Positions 29,222-40,403 are shown, counted from the first letter of the stretch. The stretch is 64,000 nt of DNA from an uncultured Clostridia bacterium (GCA_949841045.1 CATKXS010000003.1:7796-71795), one strand, 5' to 3'. Translations and numbers: made by a program. Notes: generated from the sequence alone by a model not told the origin.

Positions 29222-30769
29222 TTATACATTATTTTTGGCTTTTTTCTTAAGCTTGAGCTTTGGCAAATTAATTCTCTTTTTTGCCATTATCATAAATGCT
29301 CTTATATCAATCAAATTGATTGTTGAAGCTAAAAGTACAAAACTGCCAACAGCTATCACTCCACCAATTACAAGTGTTATAAAAAGAGGGAAAACATATT
29401 CTGATAAACTTACTACAAACGCCGTAAGCGCTGAAGATGGCAATACTAGAAGTGCAATCTTTATCACCTTTTTTGTCAGTTTTAAGTCACATCGTACTTT
29501 CTTTTTTAATAATATGAAGTTTAATATGGCAACAACGAGATAATTTAGTCCCATTCCCCATACGAGTGCATTAATACCAATAAGCGGTGGCAACACCCAA
29601 AGTGAAATAAACATTATGACTCCACCTATTATGAAATTAATAAAGGAGCGACGCTCAAGTCCAAGCGAATTAAGAAGTGATGAAGTCATGTTTGTAAGAC
29701 CAAGAGGGATTAAAACCCAAGCAGCCGACTGCAACAGTGTGCCGCTCATTATATTGTCATATAAAAACAGACCTATTTGTTCACCCATTCCAACAAATAC
29801 TGGCACGAAAATTGAAGAAATAAAAAGTGCAAAAAATATTGACGAAGACACTCTCTCTTCTATATGTTTTTGGTTGTTTTGTGCTATTGCAGTGGAAATG
29901 TCTGGAACAAGTGCTGTCGAAAGCGAACCTATTATTGTTGTCGGAATAAATAATAGAGGCATTGTCATACCAACGGCAACTCCATATAGGCTTAACGCCT
30001 GAGAACTGGTATACCCTATTGCGACAAGTCTTGCAGGAATAATAAAGGCAATAAGAGGTTGCATAAATGAGCCTACCACTCTCATTAGCGTAATTGGAGT
30101 TGATTGTCTGACAAGAGGCACAAACTGGTCCTTTCTCCACCTGCCTAATTTACCGCCATAATAGAAATAAAGCAAGATTACATAAATCATTGATAATAGA
30201 CAGGCAAGTGTCATTGTCCAGCCGATTTTTAAAGCATTTTCGATAGCAGAAAATGTCGAAGAAATCACAATTATTCCTAGAAGCATTCGTACAACTTGTT
30301 CATAAAACTCTGTCACGCAAAGAGCAAAATAGTTTCCTTGCCCCCAAAGCGCTCCGCGAAATACACTGTAAACTGAAGAAAAAATGAGGCTTGGAAGAAG
30401 GATTATGAGAATTTGGAGACAACGCTCATCTGTCATGAATTTGGCAAATACCCCTCTAAAAACAACCACTATAAGACATAGTAAAATAGATAATATTAAA
30501 GAATATATAAAAGCAACTGTAATTAAAGAAGCTTGCTTTTTATTATCTTTGCTGGCTTGATTTGAAGCCGTCATTCGCGAAATTACAAAAGGTAGTCCAC
30601 TTGCAATTATAGTCATAAGGACCATAAAAACTGAACTTGCTACTTGATACAAGCCTAACCCTTCCGCGCCAACAACGCGAGAAAGTATTACTCGAAATAA
30701 AAAGCCTAAAATTCTTGTTAAAAATGAAAATACAGTTATTAGCACGACAGTTTTAAATAATGATTTCAT
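29222..30769 (-). CDS. MOP-superfamily flippase, SpoVB / polysaccharide-biosynthesis-protein type
   Basis: 515 aa with about 14 TM helices. The N-terminus FLTRILGFLFRVILSRVVGAEGLGLYQ is typical of the SpoVB/MurJ-like family. Strong SD GAGGAG. Confidence 0.7.
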   Translation of the reverse strand: MKSLFKTVVLITVFSFLTRILGFLFRVILSRVVGAEGLGLYQVASSVFMVLMTIIASGLPFVISRMTASNQASKDNKKQASLITVAFIYSLILSILLCLIVVVFRGVFAKFMTDERCLQILIILLPSLIFSSVYSVFRGALWGQGNYFALCVTEFYEQVVRMLLGIIVISSTFSAIENALKIGWTMTLACLLSMIYVILLYFYYGGKLGRWRKDQFVPLVRQSTPITLMRVVGSFMQPLIAFIIPARLVAIGYTSSQALSLYGVAVGMTMPLLFIPTTIIGSLSTALVPDISTAIAQNNQKHIEERVSSSIFFALFISSIFVPVFVGMGEQIGLFLYDNIMSGTLLQSAAWVLIPLGLTNMTSSLLNSLGLERRSFINFIIGGVIMFISLWVLPPLIGINALVWGMGLNYLVVAILNFILLKKKVRCDLKLTKKVIKIALLVLPSSALTAFVVSLSEYVFPLFITLVIGGVIAVGSFVLLASTINLIDIRAFMIMAKKRINLPKLKLKKKAKNNV

Positions 30770-30831
30770 AACACTCTCCTCATATATGTTATTTAAGATG
30801 AATAAAATTTAATACAAAAGGAGTGACAAAA

Positions 30832-30987
30832 ATGAAAAAAGAAATCAATAATTTTTATATTGTTGAGGAAGACGACAATATTGACACAATTGCAAAAAAA
30901 TATAAAAAAAGCCCCATCGAAATTTTAATCAAAAATGGAATAACTCCCAACATGATTATCAAAGAAATGGTGCTTTATATCAATTAA
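30832..30987 (+). CDS. Small LysM-domain protein (51 aa), absent from the ORF track because it is under 60 aa
   Basis: AAAGGAGTG SD 6 nt upstream of the ATG. The sequence YIVEEDDNIDTIAKKYKKSPIEILIKNGITPNMIIKEMVLYI fits the LysM pattern. Its stop overlaps the stop of the convergent TVP38 gene. Confidence 0.6.
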   Translation: MKKEINNFYIVEEDDNIDTIAKKYKKSPIEILIKNGITPNMIIKEMVLYIN

Positions 30988-31700
30988 TTGTCATTTTTCT
31001 TACGTTTTTTGAAGATATTTTGTATAAAATCCTCAATTTTTTCATGATATTTGCTTGAAAGATAGATAAGTGTGAGCGATAAAACTACAATAATTGCCCA
31101 TACAATAAGCCCCCAACCGTGATAAGGAATTACCTGTCCACTTGAAAGATAACTCACCAAAAAAATACTGATTGGACGAGTAATAAGCTGTGTAACCATA
31201 AAAAATGTCCAACTCATTTCGGTCAAGCCCGCAACCATACATAAAATGTCATCTGGGAAAAATGGTAGAATCATCATAAGCACAAAGGTATATTTACAAT
31301 TTGTCAAAAATTTGCGCCACTTTTTCTCGGCTTCCGCCCCGACCATAAATACCACAAGTTTTTTGCCAAACACCCTTCCTAGAAAAAAAGCAAAAGCACT
31401 TCCAAGTAGAATACCCGCAATTGATAACAATCCCGCTTCAAAAGGACCATATATAAGACTACCCGCCACAATCAAAATAGGAGAAGGAATTGGAATAAAA
31501 GTCACCTGCAAAAACTGCAAAAAAACAAAAGTAAACCTTCCCCAAAAACCAAGCTCCAAAATAAATTCTTGAAGCTTTGTTGCAGAATTAAATTTTTCCC
31601 AAAGCCCAGTTCTTTGCAAGATAAAATATACAAGTCCCAAAATCAGACCTATAAATAAACAGACAAGAAAAATTCTAAAAATCTTTTTTGTTAACGACAT
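30984..31700 (-). CDS. TVP38/TMEM64 (DedA-related) family membrane protein
   Basis: Motif FIPIPSPILIVAGSLIYGPFEAGLLSIAGILLGSAFAFFLGR. Confidence 0.75.
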   Translation of the reverse strand: MSLTKKIFRIFLVCLFIGLILGLVYFILQRTGLWEKFNSATKLQEFILELGFWGRFTFVFLQFLQVTFIPIPSPILIVAGSLIYGPFEAGLLSIAGILLGSAFAFFLGRVFGKKLVVFMVGAEAEKKWRKFLTNCKYTFVLMMILPFFPDDILCMVAGLTEMSWTFFMVTQLITRPISIFLVSYLSSGQVIPYHGWGLIVWAIIVVLSLTLIYLSSKYHEKIEDFIQNIFKKRKKNDN

Positions 31701-31804
31701 GATATAAACTATTATAAATAAAAAATAAAATAAATATTCTAAATGATGAAAAGTATAAATTCCCCTCTTAGTACAAACAATAAACTAATTATAAGGAGAG
31801 AATT

Positions 31805-33316
31805 TTGAAAAACAAAGAAAAAGTAGCTAAAAAATCAAAAACTTCACTTATTTGGCTTCTGCTCGTAGCTTTTATTGCAGTTAGTCTTCTTTTATTTTGT
31901 CAATTTTATTTTGGTAATTCAATAAGCACTAAGACAACTTTTTATAATAATACCCACATAAATGGCGTTGACGTCTCAGGAATGACGAAGGCTGAAGCAA
32001 ACAATGTACTTGTGAATAAGTTTTCAGATAATAAATCACAAATCTCATTGACACTCAAAAGCGGTGATAAAAACTGGGAAATAAATGGAGATGAATTTTC
32101 TTTTATATGCGACCTTTCTCCTACTCTTGACGAAGTGATAAGTTACGGACGAGAAGGCAATATCTTTAGTAAAAAGAAGGTTGAAAATAAAATAAAAAAA
32201 GAAGGACTTTATGTCAGTCTTCCATACGAAGATATATATGGCGGAATAGAAGAAAAACTTGAGTCAATTATAAGCGAAATAGAGCGCGAGCCTCAAAGTT
32301 CATCTATTTCTTTTAATCCTGACAGTCAAACTATGTTTGCTATGACCCAGGCCAAATCAGGTTTAGTTGTAGATAGGCAAGAACTTAAATCTAAAATATC
32401 CTACGCTCTCTACAATCCAAGCGCAATTGAAATTGAAGTACCAATCATGGAAATCTTGCCGCAAGAGAACTTAGATGACCTCCTTGAGAAAATCACTTTA
32501 CGCTCATCATTTTCAACAAACTACTCCTCATCTTCTATGGACCGTAAATCAAATGTTAAACTTGCTCTTTCAAAATTTAATGGTATGACAGTTGAACCTG
32601 GAGAAGAAATTTCATTTAATAAAATCACTGGTTCTAGAACAAAGGAAAATGGTTACAAGATGGCAAAAATCATCGTTGGTGGCAAGTATGTGGAAGGTGT
32701 TGGCGGTGGAGTTTGTCAGGCATCTACAACCTTGTATAACGCACTCATTCGTTCTGACCTTGAAATTCTGCAAGTAAATCACCACACCCTTCCAGCTTCC
32801 TATGTTCCACTTTCTTTTGATGCTATGGTAAGTGAAGGCTATGCCGATTTGAAATTTAGAAACAATCTCGACACACCTATTTTTATTAAAACTATATGCG
32901 ACAATAACACTGCCACAGTTGAAATTTATGGGCAAGGCTTAGAAGATGGCATGACTATAGACACTAAAGCTGAGCTGGTAAAAGTTTTGCCACATGGCGG
33001 AGACGACATTATCACAGATACTTCTGGCGAATATGAAGATAAAGTTTTATATAAAGGCGAATACTATAGACTTAAATATCCACAAGAAGGTTACGAATCA
33101 AGAGGATATTTGGTATACAAAAAAAATGGAGACATAGTCTCCGAGAAAGAAATCAGACATGATAAATATCTTCCACAAAATGGAATAATAGTAGAGGGCA
33201 ATTCTCGACAAGAAGAAGGCATGAGCCTGCCAAATAACTCTGTTAAATATATTGCTCCACAAAAGGTAAACAAAGAAACAGAGAGAAATGCCAAGGCCAA
33301 GTGGAAGCTTGTTTGA
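31805..33316 (+). CDS. VanW-family protein
   Basis: TTG start after AGGAGAG. N-terminal TM. VanW core GGGVCQASTTLYNA. Confidence 0.8.
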   Translation: MKNKEKVAKKSKTSLIWLLLVAFIAVSLLLFCQFYFGNSISTKTTFYNNTHINGVDVSGMTKAEANNVLVNKFSDNKSQISLTLKSGDKNWEINGDEFSFICDLSPTLDEVISYGREGNIFSKKKVENKIKKEGLYVSLPYEDIYGGIEEKLESIISEIEREPQSSSISFNPDSQTMFAMTQAKSGLVVDRQELKSKISYALYNPSAIEIEVPIMEILPQENLDDLLEKITLRSSFSTNYSSSSMDRKSNVKLALSKFNGMTVEPGEEISFNKITGSRTKENGYKMAKIIVGGKYVEGVGGGVCQASTTLYNALIRSDLEILQVNHHTLPASYVPLSFDAMVSEGYADLKFRNNLDTPIFIKTICDNNTATVEIYGQGLEDGMTIDTKAELVKVLPHGGDDIITDTSGEYEDKVLYKGEYYRLKYPQEGYESRGYLVYKKNGDIVSEKEIRHDKYLPQNGIIVEGNSRQEEGMSLPNNSVKYIAPQKVNKETERNAKAKWKLV

Positions 33317-34555
33317 TTAAAGATATTTGAGCTTATTTTCGACTGCGGAGATAAGCTCTTCTTTTTCATTTAAAAGTTTTCCGTCAAAGACGTCACTGAG
33401 AAGACTATCTAAAATTGGCTTATATCTTTCAGGTCTGACTGTTGGATAATTCTTCTTTAAATCTTGCCCTGTTATTTTCAAATCTTTTACAGACATTACA
33501 AGCCTATGAGAAATTATGTATTTATAGAAAAACTGATATTTATTTGCAAGATATTTTGATTTGTGAATTAAAAGAAGATAAATCTGAGGGAAATTATTGA
33601 AATACCTAAAAAAGTATTGTTTATTCTGTTGTTTATTAAGTGCCTCATAGTATCCACACAAAATATTTATATAATTTTCAACCATTTTCTTGTTCAAATT
33701 AAAGAAGTTTGATAAAACAAGATTGAGATAATATGAAATTGAAATTGGATTTACGTTGTCAATCACGTCAATTAAGAATCCCTGCGACTTATGACTCACC
33801 TTTTTTACCATTTTAAATTTAAGTTTTGGACAGTCAATTCCAAGTTCTGGCCAAAGTCCACCCTTATTAAAATTCTTAAGAGCCTTCATGTATGCGTTTG
33901 GTTTTGAAAGACCCTTATATTTATTAGGGCTATGTAAAATTCTAGTGACCTCATGCACCATTCGCTCACCACTTACATCTCTTAAATTTTCTTTATATTT
34001 AAAGGCGCTAAGTAATGTATCTTTATCAATCTTAAAATTAAATTCACATTGAAAACGAAACAATCTTAATATGCGTTCGCCATCATGACTAAAAACATCA
34101 TCTGGGTTTTCAATTGCTCTAAGTGTTCTCTTCTCTATATCTCCTATTCCATTATAAAAATCAAGAATTTTATCATTTTTAATATCATAATAAATGGCAT
34201 TGCAGGTAAAATCTCGTCTTTTTGCGTCCTCTCTCACATTATCAATGAAAGCGACATTTGTTGGCATATGTTGACCATTATTTGGATAAAAATCCTTTCT
34301 AAAAGTTGTATATTCAAACCTCTCTTCGCCAATTGAAATTTCAAGTGCACCCAAAGCTTTGTTTTTTATTTTAACTTTGTATTTGGTGTTTTTTAAAAGC
34401 TCTTCAACCTCCTCAACACCAAGACTTGAACAAATGTCAATATCGTCATTTTTTACACCCAAAATTTGATTACGAACATAGCCACCCACAACATAAAGGT
34501 CAGCAGTAAAAAGCTGGGCAAGATTAACAAGTGACTGAGGCAATTTAATTTGCAT
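33317..34555 (-). CDS. CCA-adding enzyme / poly(A) polymerase-family tRNA nucleotidyltransferase
   Basis: N-terminal VGGYVRNQILGVKNDDIDI and RRDFTCNAIYY motifs. Confidence 0.8.
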   Translation of the reverse strand: MQIKLPQSLVNLAQLFTADLYVVGGYVRNQILGVKNDDIDICSSLGVEEVEELLKNTKYKVKIKNKALGALEISIGEERFEYTTFRKDFYPNNGQHMPTNVAFIDNVREDAKRRDFTCNAIYYDIKNDKILDFYNGIGDIEKRTLRAIENPDDVFSHDGERILRLFRFQCEFNFKIDKDTLLSAFKYKENLRDVSGERMVHEVTRILHSPNKYKGLSKPNAYMKALKNFNKGGLWPELGIDCPKLKFKMVKKVSHKSQGFLIDVIDNVNPISISYYLNLVLSNFFNLNKKMVENYINILCGYYEALNKQQNKQYFFRYFNNFPQIYLLLIHKSKYLANKYQFFYKYIISHRLVMSVKDLKITGQDLKKNYPTVRPERYKPILDSLLSDVFDGKLLNEKEELISAVENKLKYL

Positions 34556-34628
34556 AGTTAATTTTTTTCTCCTATTTTGGTAATTGTAATCTTTTTTTTA
34601 ATAAAAGTCAAATCAATTTATTATAATG

Positions 34629-34658
34629 TTGACTTTATACGCAAATTTGGTATATAAT
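34629..34658 (+). promoter_or_regulatory. Sigma-A-type promoter of the P-type ATPase gene
   Basis: TTGACT at 34629-34634 and TATAAT at 34653-34658 (18-nt spacer), or alternatively TGgTATATA with a 16-nt spacer. The predicted TSS is only a few nt before ATG 34669. Confidence 0.55.
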
Positions 34659-34668
34659 TATATTGTTT

Positions 34669-37266
34669 ATGAAAAAACAAAAGATTTTCTATCAGCCAGA
34701 CTATAAAGGCTCGTTAAAAACTAAAACTCGTTATGAAAAAGTTCTTTCAAGCAATCTTAACTTGGATATTCTTTTTTATACTTTTGAAGGGTTTGAAAAT
34801 AGTAAGGGGTTTATAGAAAAGTTTAAGAAAAATATCAAGAGAAAATTCAACAAAGAAGAAATTGAACTCCCTGCAGTTGGAGAAAATGTTGAACGTTATG
34901 TAGCTGATATTCAAACTGGGTTGACTGAAGAGCAAGTTCTTGCCCGAACAGAAGCGGGACTTATTAATAAAACCAAAGTGAAATCATCAAAATCTTATGG
35001 CTCAATCTTTGTCAAAAATATTTTCACTTTCTTTAACATGCTTTGGCTTATCATTGCCGTTGCATTAATAGTTGTAGGCTCTTATAAAGATTTAATTTTC
35101 ATATTTGTAATCATTGCAAACACTGCAATTGCTATTATTCAAGAGATTCGAGCAAAAATTGCTGTCGAAAAGTTGTCAATTGTCACAACCCCTCTTGTTC
35201 GGACTATAAGAGAGGGAAAAGAATTTGATTTGCCTGCTGACGACCTTCTGCTTGACGACATCATTAAACTTTCAAGCGGAAATCAAATTCCTTCTGACTG
35301 TTTAGTAGTTGACGGCCAAGTTGAAGTGAATGAAAGCCTGCTTACTGGCGAATCAAACGCTATTGAGAAAAAGGTTGGCGCTCAACTTCTGTCTGGCAGT
35401 TTTATTGTATCTGGCACATGCTATGCCAAAGTTGATAAAATTGGAAGAGATAATTATATTTATCAGATAGCTAAAAAAGCGAAAGAGTTCAAAACTCCAC
35501 AATCTAACCTATTTAAAGATTTAAACAGACTGATAAAATATATTGGTATTGCTCTTGTTCCAATCGGAATTTTAACTTTCCTAAAGGAATATGCTATTCC
35601 CGATTCTACCCTTCAAAGCCAAATCACCCAAACAAGTGGTGCGCTCACAAGCATGATTCCTGCCGGTATGTTCTTGCTAGTTACTATCAGCCTTTCAATA
35701 GGAATGGTCAAACTTGCAAGAAAAAAGACGCTTGTCAGAGACCCTTATTCAATTGAAATGCTTGCAAGAACAAATGTTTTATGTCTTGATAAGACTGGAA
35801 CAATTACTGATGGAACAATGAAAGTTGTAGATTTTATTTCTTACACAAACAAACGTAAAGCAAGCGTTAAAAAACTGCTATCAAATGTTTTAAATCAGCA
35901 AAAAACAACAAATGCAACTTCTAGCGCAATGATAAAAGAATTTGGCAGGAATGAAGAATACTCTGCTATAAATATTGCCGAATTCTCATCAGAACGCAAA
36001 TATTCAATCACTCAACTTTCAAATAAGAAGATTTATTTTCTTGGTGCGCCAACAAGAATTGGCTCTCCTCTCACGCCTGAACAGCAAGCACTTATCAAAG
36101 AAAACCTAAACAAGGGTTTAAGAGTACTCGCTTTCTCAGAACTTGAAAATGGTACTTTTGATAAAAAAATGAGTGGTAAAAAATCCACACTTCTCGCTCT
36201 AATCGTAATTGAAGAGCATATCCGTGAAGAAGCTGTTGAAACAATTCAATGGTTTAAAGATAACGGCGTTGAAGTTAAAATCATCTCTGGTGATGACCCT
36301 GCTACAGTATCAAAAATTGCCGGCAGAGTTGGCGTAAAAAATCATGACAAATACATTTCACTTGAAAACTTAAGTTTGAAGGAAGTTGAACAGCTTGCTG
36401 ACGAATTCACAGTATTTGGAAGAGTAACTCCTGAACAAAAGTATACTATTGTAAAAGCACTAAAAAATAAAGGTAAAGTCGTTGCAATGACTGGTGACGG
36501 TGTTAATGACACTCTTGCACTTAAAGAAGCTGATTGCTCAATTGCGATGGCAGACGGAAGTGAAGTTGCAAGAAATATTTCAAAAATTGTCCTTCTTGAA
36601 TCTAATTTTTCATCACTCCCTTCAGTAGTAAAAGAAGGCAGACAGGTTGTAAATAATGTACAAAATTCATCTTCGCTCTTCCTTATGAAAACATTCTTTG
36701 CAATCTCTCTTACTATTATCACCCTATTCTTAAGACTGCAATATCCATTCAAACCTAGCACCATGATGCTGCTTGAAGCTTTTGTAATTGGTGTACCTTC
36801 ATTCCTGTTGACTTTTGAGCCAAACACAAAACCTATCAGCGGAAACTTTATTCCTCAGGTTATGAAACGGTCACTTCCAAGAGCACTTTTAATGCTTATA
36901 AATGTCCTTGTCGTCATGGCACTTTACCACTCTCAACCAGAAGACATAATACTATTAAATTCTGAAGAATATCAAACACTTGTAATTTTGGTAATGACTT
37001 ATACTGGTTTTCTAAACCTTGCAACCTTGTGCATTCCACTCACCGTTTTAAAAGGTATAACAGCCTTGTTGTCTGCAATTTGCATCACATGTGCAATTAT
37101 AGCAATGCCAAAACTGTTTAATATAACTTCTGGCACTATTACAGTACTTGTTACATTCTTTGCAATTATAAGCGTTTCAATAATTCTATTGTTCCTGCTT
37201 AAAGTCAACAAAAAACGGCTTGATAAACTAAGAGAAAAGCTAATAAGTCTTTTGCAAAAAGGTTAA
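34669..37266 (+). CDS. Cation-translocating P-type ATPase (HAD-IC), substrate unknown
   Basis: DKTGTITDG phosphorylation motif, TGES, and GDGVNDTLALKEAD. About 10 TM helices. I prefer ATG 34669 over the track TTG at 34663. Confidence 0.88.
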   Translation: MKKQKIFYQPDYKGSLKTKTRYEKVLSSNLNLDILFYTFEGFENSKGFIEKFKKNIKRKFNKEEIELPAVGENVERYVADIQTGLTEEQVLARTEAGLINKTKVKSSKSYGSIFVKNIFTFFNMLWLIIAVALIVVGSYKDLIFIFVIIANTAIAIIQEIRAKIAVEKLSIVTTPLVRTIREGKEFDLPADDLLLDDIIKLSSGNQIPSDCLVVDGQVEVNESLLTGESNAIEKKVGAQLLSGSFIVSGTCYAKVDKIGRDNYIYQIAKKAKEFKTPQSNLFKDLNRLIKYIGIALVPIGILTFLKEYAIPDSTLQSQITQTSGALTSMIPAGMFLLVTISLSIGMVKLARKKTLVRDPYSIEMLARTNVLCLDKTGTITDGTMKVVDFISYTNKRKASVKKLLSNVLNQQKTTNATSSAMIKEFGRNEEYSAINIAEFSSERKYSITQLSNKKIYFLGAPTRIGSPLTPEQQALIKENLNKGLRVLAFSELENGTFDKKMSGKKSTLLALIVIEEHIREEAVETIQWFKDNGVEVKIISGDDPATVSKIAGRVGVKNHDKYISLENLSLKEVEQLADEFTVFGRVTPEQKYTIVKALKNKGKVVAMTGDGVNDTLALKEADCSIAMADGSEVARNISKIVLLESNFSSLPSVVKEGRQVVNNVQNSSSLFLMKTFFAISLTIITLFLRLQYPFKPSTMMLLEAFVIGVPSFLLTFEPNTKPISGNFIPQVMKRSLPRALLMLINVLVVMALYHSQPEDIILLNSEEYQTLVILVMTYTGFLNLATLCIPLTVLKGITALLSAICITCAIIAMPKLFNITSGTITVLVTFFAIISVSIILLFLLKVNKKRLDKLREKLISLLQKG

Positions 37267-37273
37267 ATAATTC

Positions 37274-37309
37274 AAAAAAAGCATATCAAATGATATGCTT
37301 TTATTTTTT
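37274..37309 (+). terminator. Intrinsic terminator
   Basis: GCATATCA 37281-37288 pairs with TGATATGC 37291-37298, then TTTTATTTTTT. Confidence 0.8.
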
Positions 37310-37346
37310 ATCGTCAGCAAGTTTTAAACATTTAAACTGATTAAAA

Positions 37347-38030
37347 TTATTCTGTTACAAATTTATAAAGGTCATAAGTATTGGCACGAACAGTTATTTT
37401 GAGTATTCTTGCCCTACTATAATATCCAGTTACACCAAAGTAAAATACTAGGTCATGCTCACTTTTACTATCACTAAGACTGAAATACATTTCATTAAAA
37501 CTTAATGTTGTATCTGTGTTAACTTTTGAATAATAAACACTTCCATCAGAATTTAAAATCTGTTTTGACTCGTCAAATATTGCTCTAACATAATCTGAAC
37601 CAAGTGCATTTTTAAGCGCTGTGCTCATACCTGTTGAATTGGCAGTATCAGAATAGAAATAATCATAAGTCTCTTCTATTTTATATCCTCCAAGTCTTCC
37701 TGTGAAAAGCGCTGTCAAATAGTGCGAATTGAAAGAGTTTAAATAGATATTATTAAACTCTTTAAATTCATCATTACTTTCATCAATTGTCATTACTTCA
37801 GTATTTGAAATTGTAACTCTATATGATGATGCATCTGTGATAAAAGAAGGTTTTAAATCAACTTTAATACAAGACAATGTGATAATAGTTACCGCAAGTG
37901 CAAGAACGATGGTTAAAATTATAGAATAACTAATAATTCTTGTCTTTTTTCTTTTTGCAAGATATTCATCACTGACAGAATTTAAAAGATTTTCAACTTC
38001 TACACTTTCATTCTTAATTGACTCTTCCAT
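37347..38030 (-). CDS. Hypothetical membrane-anchored protein
   Basis: A single TM helix after an acidic N-terminus. ATG 38030 is preceded by GAGGAGG. No recognisable domain. Confidence 0.5.
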   Translation of the reverse strand: MEESIKNESVEVENLLNSVSDEYLAKRKKTRIISYSIILTIVLALAVTIITLSCIKVDLKPSFITDASSYRVTISNTEVMTIDESNDEFKEFNNIYLNSFNSHYLTALFTGRLGGYKIEETYDYFYSDTANSTGMSTALKNALGSDYVRAIFDESKQILNSDGSVYYSKVNTDTTLSFNEMYFSLSDSKSEHDLVFYFGVTGYYSRARILKITVRANTYDLYKFVTE

Positions 38031-38048
38031 CAATTTTCCTCCTCATGC

Positions 38049-40403
38049 TTATTTATTTCCATTATCTTCTTCTTTATCACTCTTTTTTGCTCTTGTTTTA
38101 GGCTTCTGTGGAGGAGTGTTTTCTGAAGAAATGTCCTTTTTATCTTCAAGAGGTTTTTCCTCTTTTGTTGGTTCTTCTTTTTGTTTTTCTTCTTTTACTT
38201 GTATTATTTCTTTAGGTTCTTCTTTTTTAGCAGTTTTCTCATCTAATGTTTTTCCCTGCTCGATATTAATTGTTACCTCTTTCTTAGGCTCTTGGGCAAC
38301 CTTTCCCTCAAGATTTTTTACGATTGCATCATATTCTTCTTGAGTAATAACACCATTTGCAAGAAGCTTTTTGCCCTCTTCGATTTTGATTTCAATAATG
38401 CGTTTTTTCTCATTTTCAGCTTGTTGTTTTTTGATTTCAGCTTCCTTTTCAAGTTGTGCTTTTCTGCGCTCTTTCATGTTTTCGCTGATTTCTTTGGCAG
38501 TTTTGCCTTGAGCAAGCATTTCGACTTCTTCGCTGTAAATTGTTTCTTCTTCAAGAAGAAGAGTTGCCATTTCATTTAAGAATTCAACATTATCAGTTAA
38601 AATCTTTTTAGCACGTTTATAGTTGAAGTCAAGAATTTCTCTAACTTCGTCATCAGCCTCAGCTGCAAGTTTTTCAGAGAAGTCATTCTTAGATTGATAA
38701 TCTCTTCCAATAAACAGCTGTTCTGAAGATGAGAGGCTTATAAAGCCAAGCTTTTTGCTCATTCCATAGTTGTAAATCATGCTTCTTGCAATCTTACTTG
38801 CCTGTGCAATATCGCTTGAAGCACCAGTTGTGACATCTTTAAAAATAATTTCTTCTGCAATACGTCCACCCATGCAAACGGCAATTTCATCCATGAGATA
38901 GTTGTATGACATGTATGAGTTGTCATTTTCTGGACGTTGCATTGTATAACCACCTGCCGCGCCTCTTGGAATAATTGAGACTTCTTGCACGCTGTCAGTG
39001 TTTTTGAGAAGTTTTGCAAGGATAGCGTGACCTGATTCATGGTAAGCAGTAAGTTTTCTATCTTTTTCAGTAATAAGACGGCTTTTCTTTTGAGGTCCCA
39101 TTGTGACCTTATTGATACCTTCGGTAATATCTGTCATGATAATCTTTGGTCTGTTGTTTCGTGCTGCAAGAATTGCCGCTTCGTTTAACATATTTTCAAT
39201 ATCAGCACCAGTAAAACCTACAGTGATTTTTGCGAGAGTGTTGAAATCAACGCTTTCATCAATTGGCTTGTTTCTTGCGTGAATTTTGAGTATCCCCTCT
39301 CTGCCTTTAATATCTGGAACATTGACATATACCTGTCTATCAAATCTGCCTGGACGCATAAGCGCAGGGTCAAGAACATCGCTTCTATTTGTAGCTGCAA
39401 GAACTATTATACCCTCGTTAGCTTCAAATCCGTCCATTTCAACTAAGAGTTGGTTGAGTGTTTGTTCGCGTTCATCATTTCCGCCACCAAGACCGGCACC
39501 TCTTTGTCTACCAACAGCATCAATTTCATCAATAAATATAATGCAAGGTTTGTTTTTCTTAGCTTGTTCAAATAAATCTCTAACTCTTGATGCACCAACA
39601 CCGACAAACATTTCAACGAAGTCAGAACCACTTATAGAAATAAATGGAACACTTGCCTCACCTGCAACTGCTCTTGCAAGCAGAGTTTTACCAGTACCAG
39701 GACGACCTACAAGGAGAACACCTTTTGGTATTCTTGCACCAAGGTCAGTGAATTTTTTAGGTGACTTTAAGAACTCAACAATTTCTTGAAGTTCTTCTTT
39801 CTCTTCATCAGTGCCCGCAATATCAGAAAATCTAACTTTGCTTGAAGTATACGCCCTAGCCTTGCTTTTGCCAAAGCCCATAGCACCCTTAGTCGATGAG
39901 TTAAGCATTTTAAATATAAGCCAAATGATAAATAATGCAAAAGCAATATAAAGCACTGGATATATATAATTCCACCAATTAACACCATCAACGCCAGCTT
40001 CAATTTTAATGTTAGTATCTTTTACGAGTTCTCTAACTTCCTTTGTAAATTCGTCACCAAATTCATAATGAATATAATAATCAGAATATTTTGGGAAGTT
40101 ATCTTTATATCTTGAATCTTTCCACACGAGAGATTCTTTTCCATCTTTATCTGTAACTTTCGTTTCAGTTTGAACCAGGAAATACATTGTGTCGTTTTTA
40201 TAATAAATTGAAACGACTTTATCTTTATTCCCATTCGAATTTACGTGTTCCCCAGAAATAAGCTCTTGAACTTCTGTAATTCCCCTTTCAATATACACGC
40301 CCTTATAGCCTGTGTTTGTACAAAGAAGTACAATAAGAAGCACAATAAGCAGTAATATTACAATCAAAGAAAATCTAAACTTAGGTTTTTGTTTTTCTTC
40401 CAC
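38049..40403 (-). CDS. ftsH: ATP-dependent zinc metalloprotease FtsH with a long K/E-rich C-terminal extension
   Basis: GTG start after AGGAGG. Walker [12 protein letters not shown] region, and zinc motif HESGHA. About 170 extra C-terminal residues include a SHOCT-like [19 protein letters not shown]. Confidence 0.92.
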   Translation of the reverse strand: MEEKQKPKFRFSLIVILLLIVLLIVLLCTNTGYKGVYIERGITEVQELISGEHVNSNGNKDKVVSIYYKNDTMYFLVQTETKVTDKDGKESLVWKDSRYKDNFPKYSDYYIHYEFGDEFTKEVRELVKDTNIKIEAGVDGVNWWNYIYPVLYIAFALFIIWLIFKMLNSSTKGAMGFGKSKARAYTSSKVRFSDIAGTDEEKEELQEIVEFLKSPKKFTDLGARIPKGVLLVGRPGTGKTLLARAVAGEASVPFISISGSDFVEMFVGVGASRVRDLFEQAKKNKPCIIFIDEIDAVGRQRGAGLGGGNDEREQTLNQLLVEMDGFEANEGIIVLAATNRSDVLDPALMRPGRFDRQVYVNVPDIKGREGILKIHARNKPIDESVDFNTLAKITVGFTGADIENMLNEAAILAARNNRPKIIMTDITEGINKVTMGPQKKSRLITEKDRKLTAYHESGHAILAKLLKNTDSVQEVSIIPRGAAGGYTMQRPENDNSYMSYNYLMDEIAVCMGGRIAEEIIFKDVTTGASSDIAQASKIARSMIYNYGMSKKLGFISLSSSEQLFIGRDYQSKNDFSEKLAAEADDEVREILDFNYKRAKKILTDNVEFLNEMATLLLEEETIYSEEVEMLAQGKTAKEISENMKERRKAQLEKEAEIKKQQAENEKKRIIEIKIEEGKKLLANGVITQEEYDAIVKNLEGKVAQEPKKEVTINIEQGKTLDEKTAKKEEPKEIIQVKEEKQKEEPTKEEKPLEDKKDISSENTPPQKPKTRAKKSDKEEDNGNK

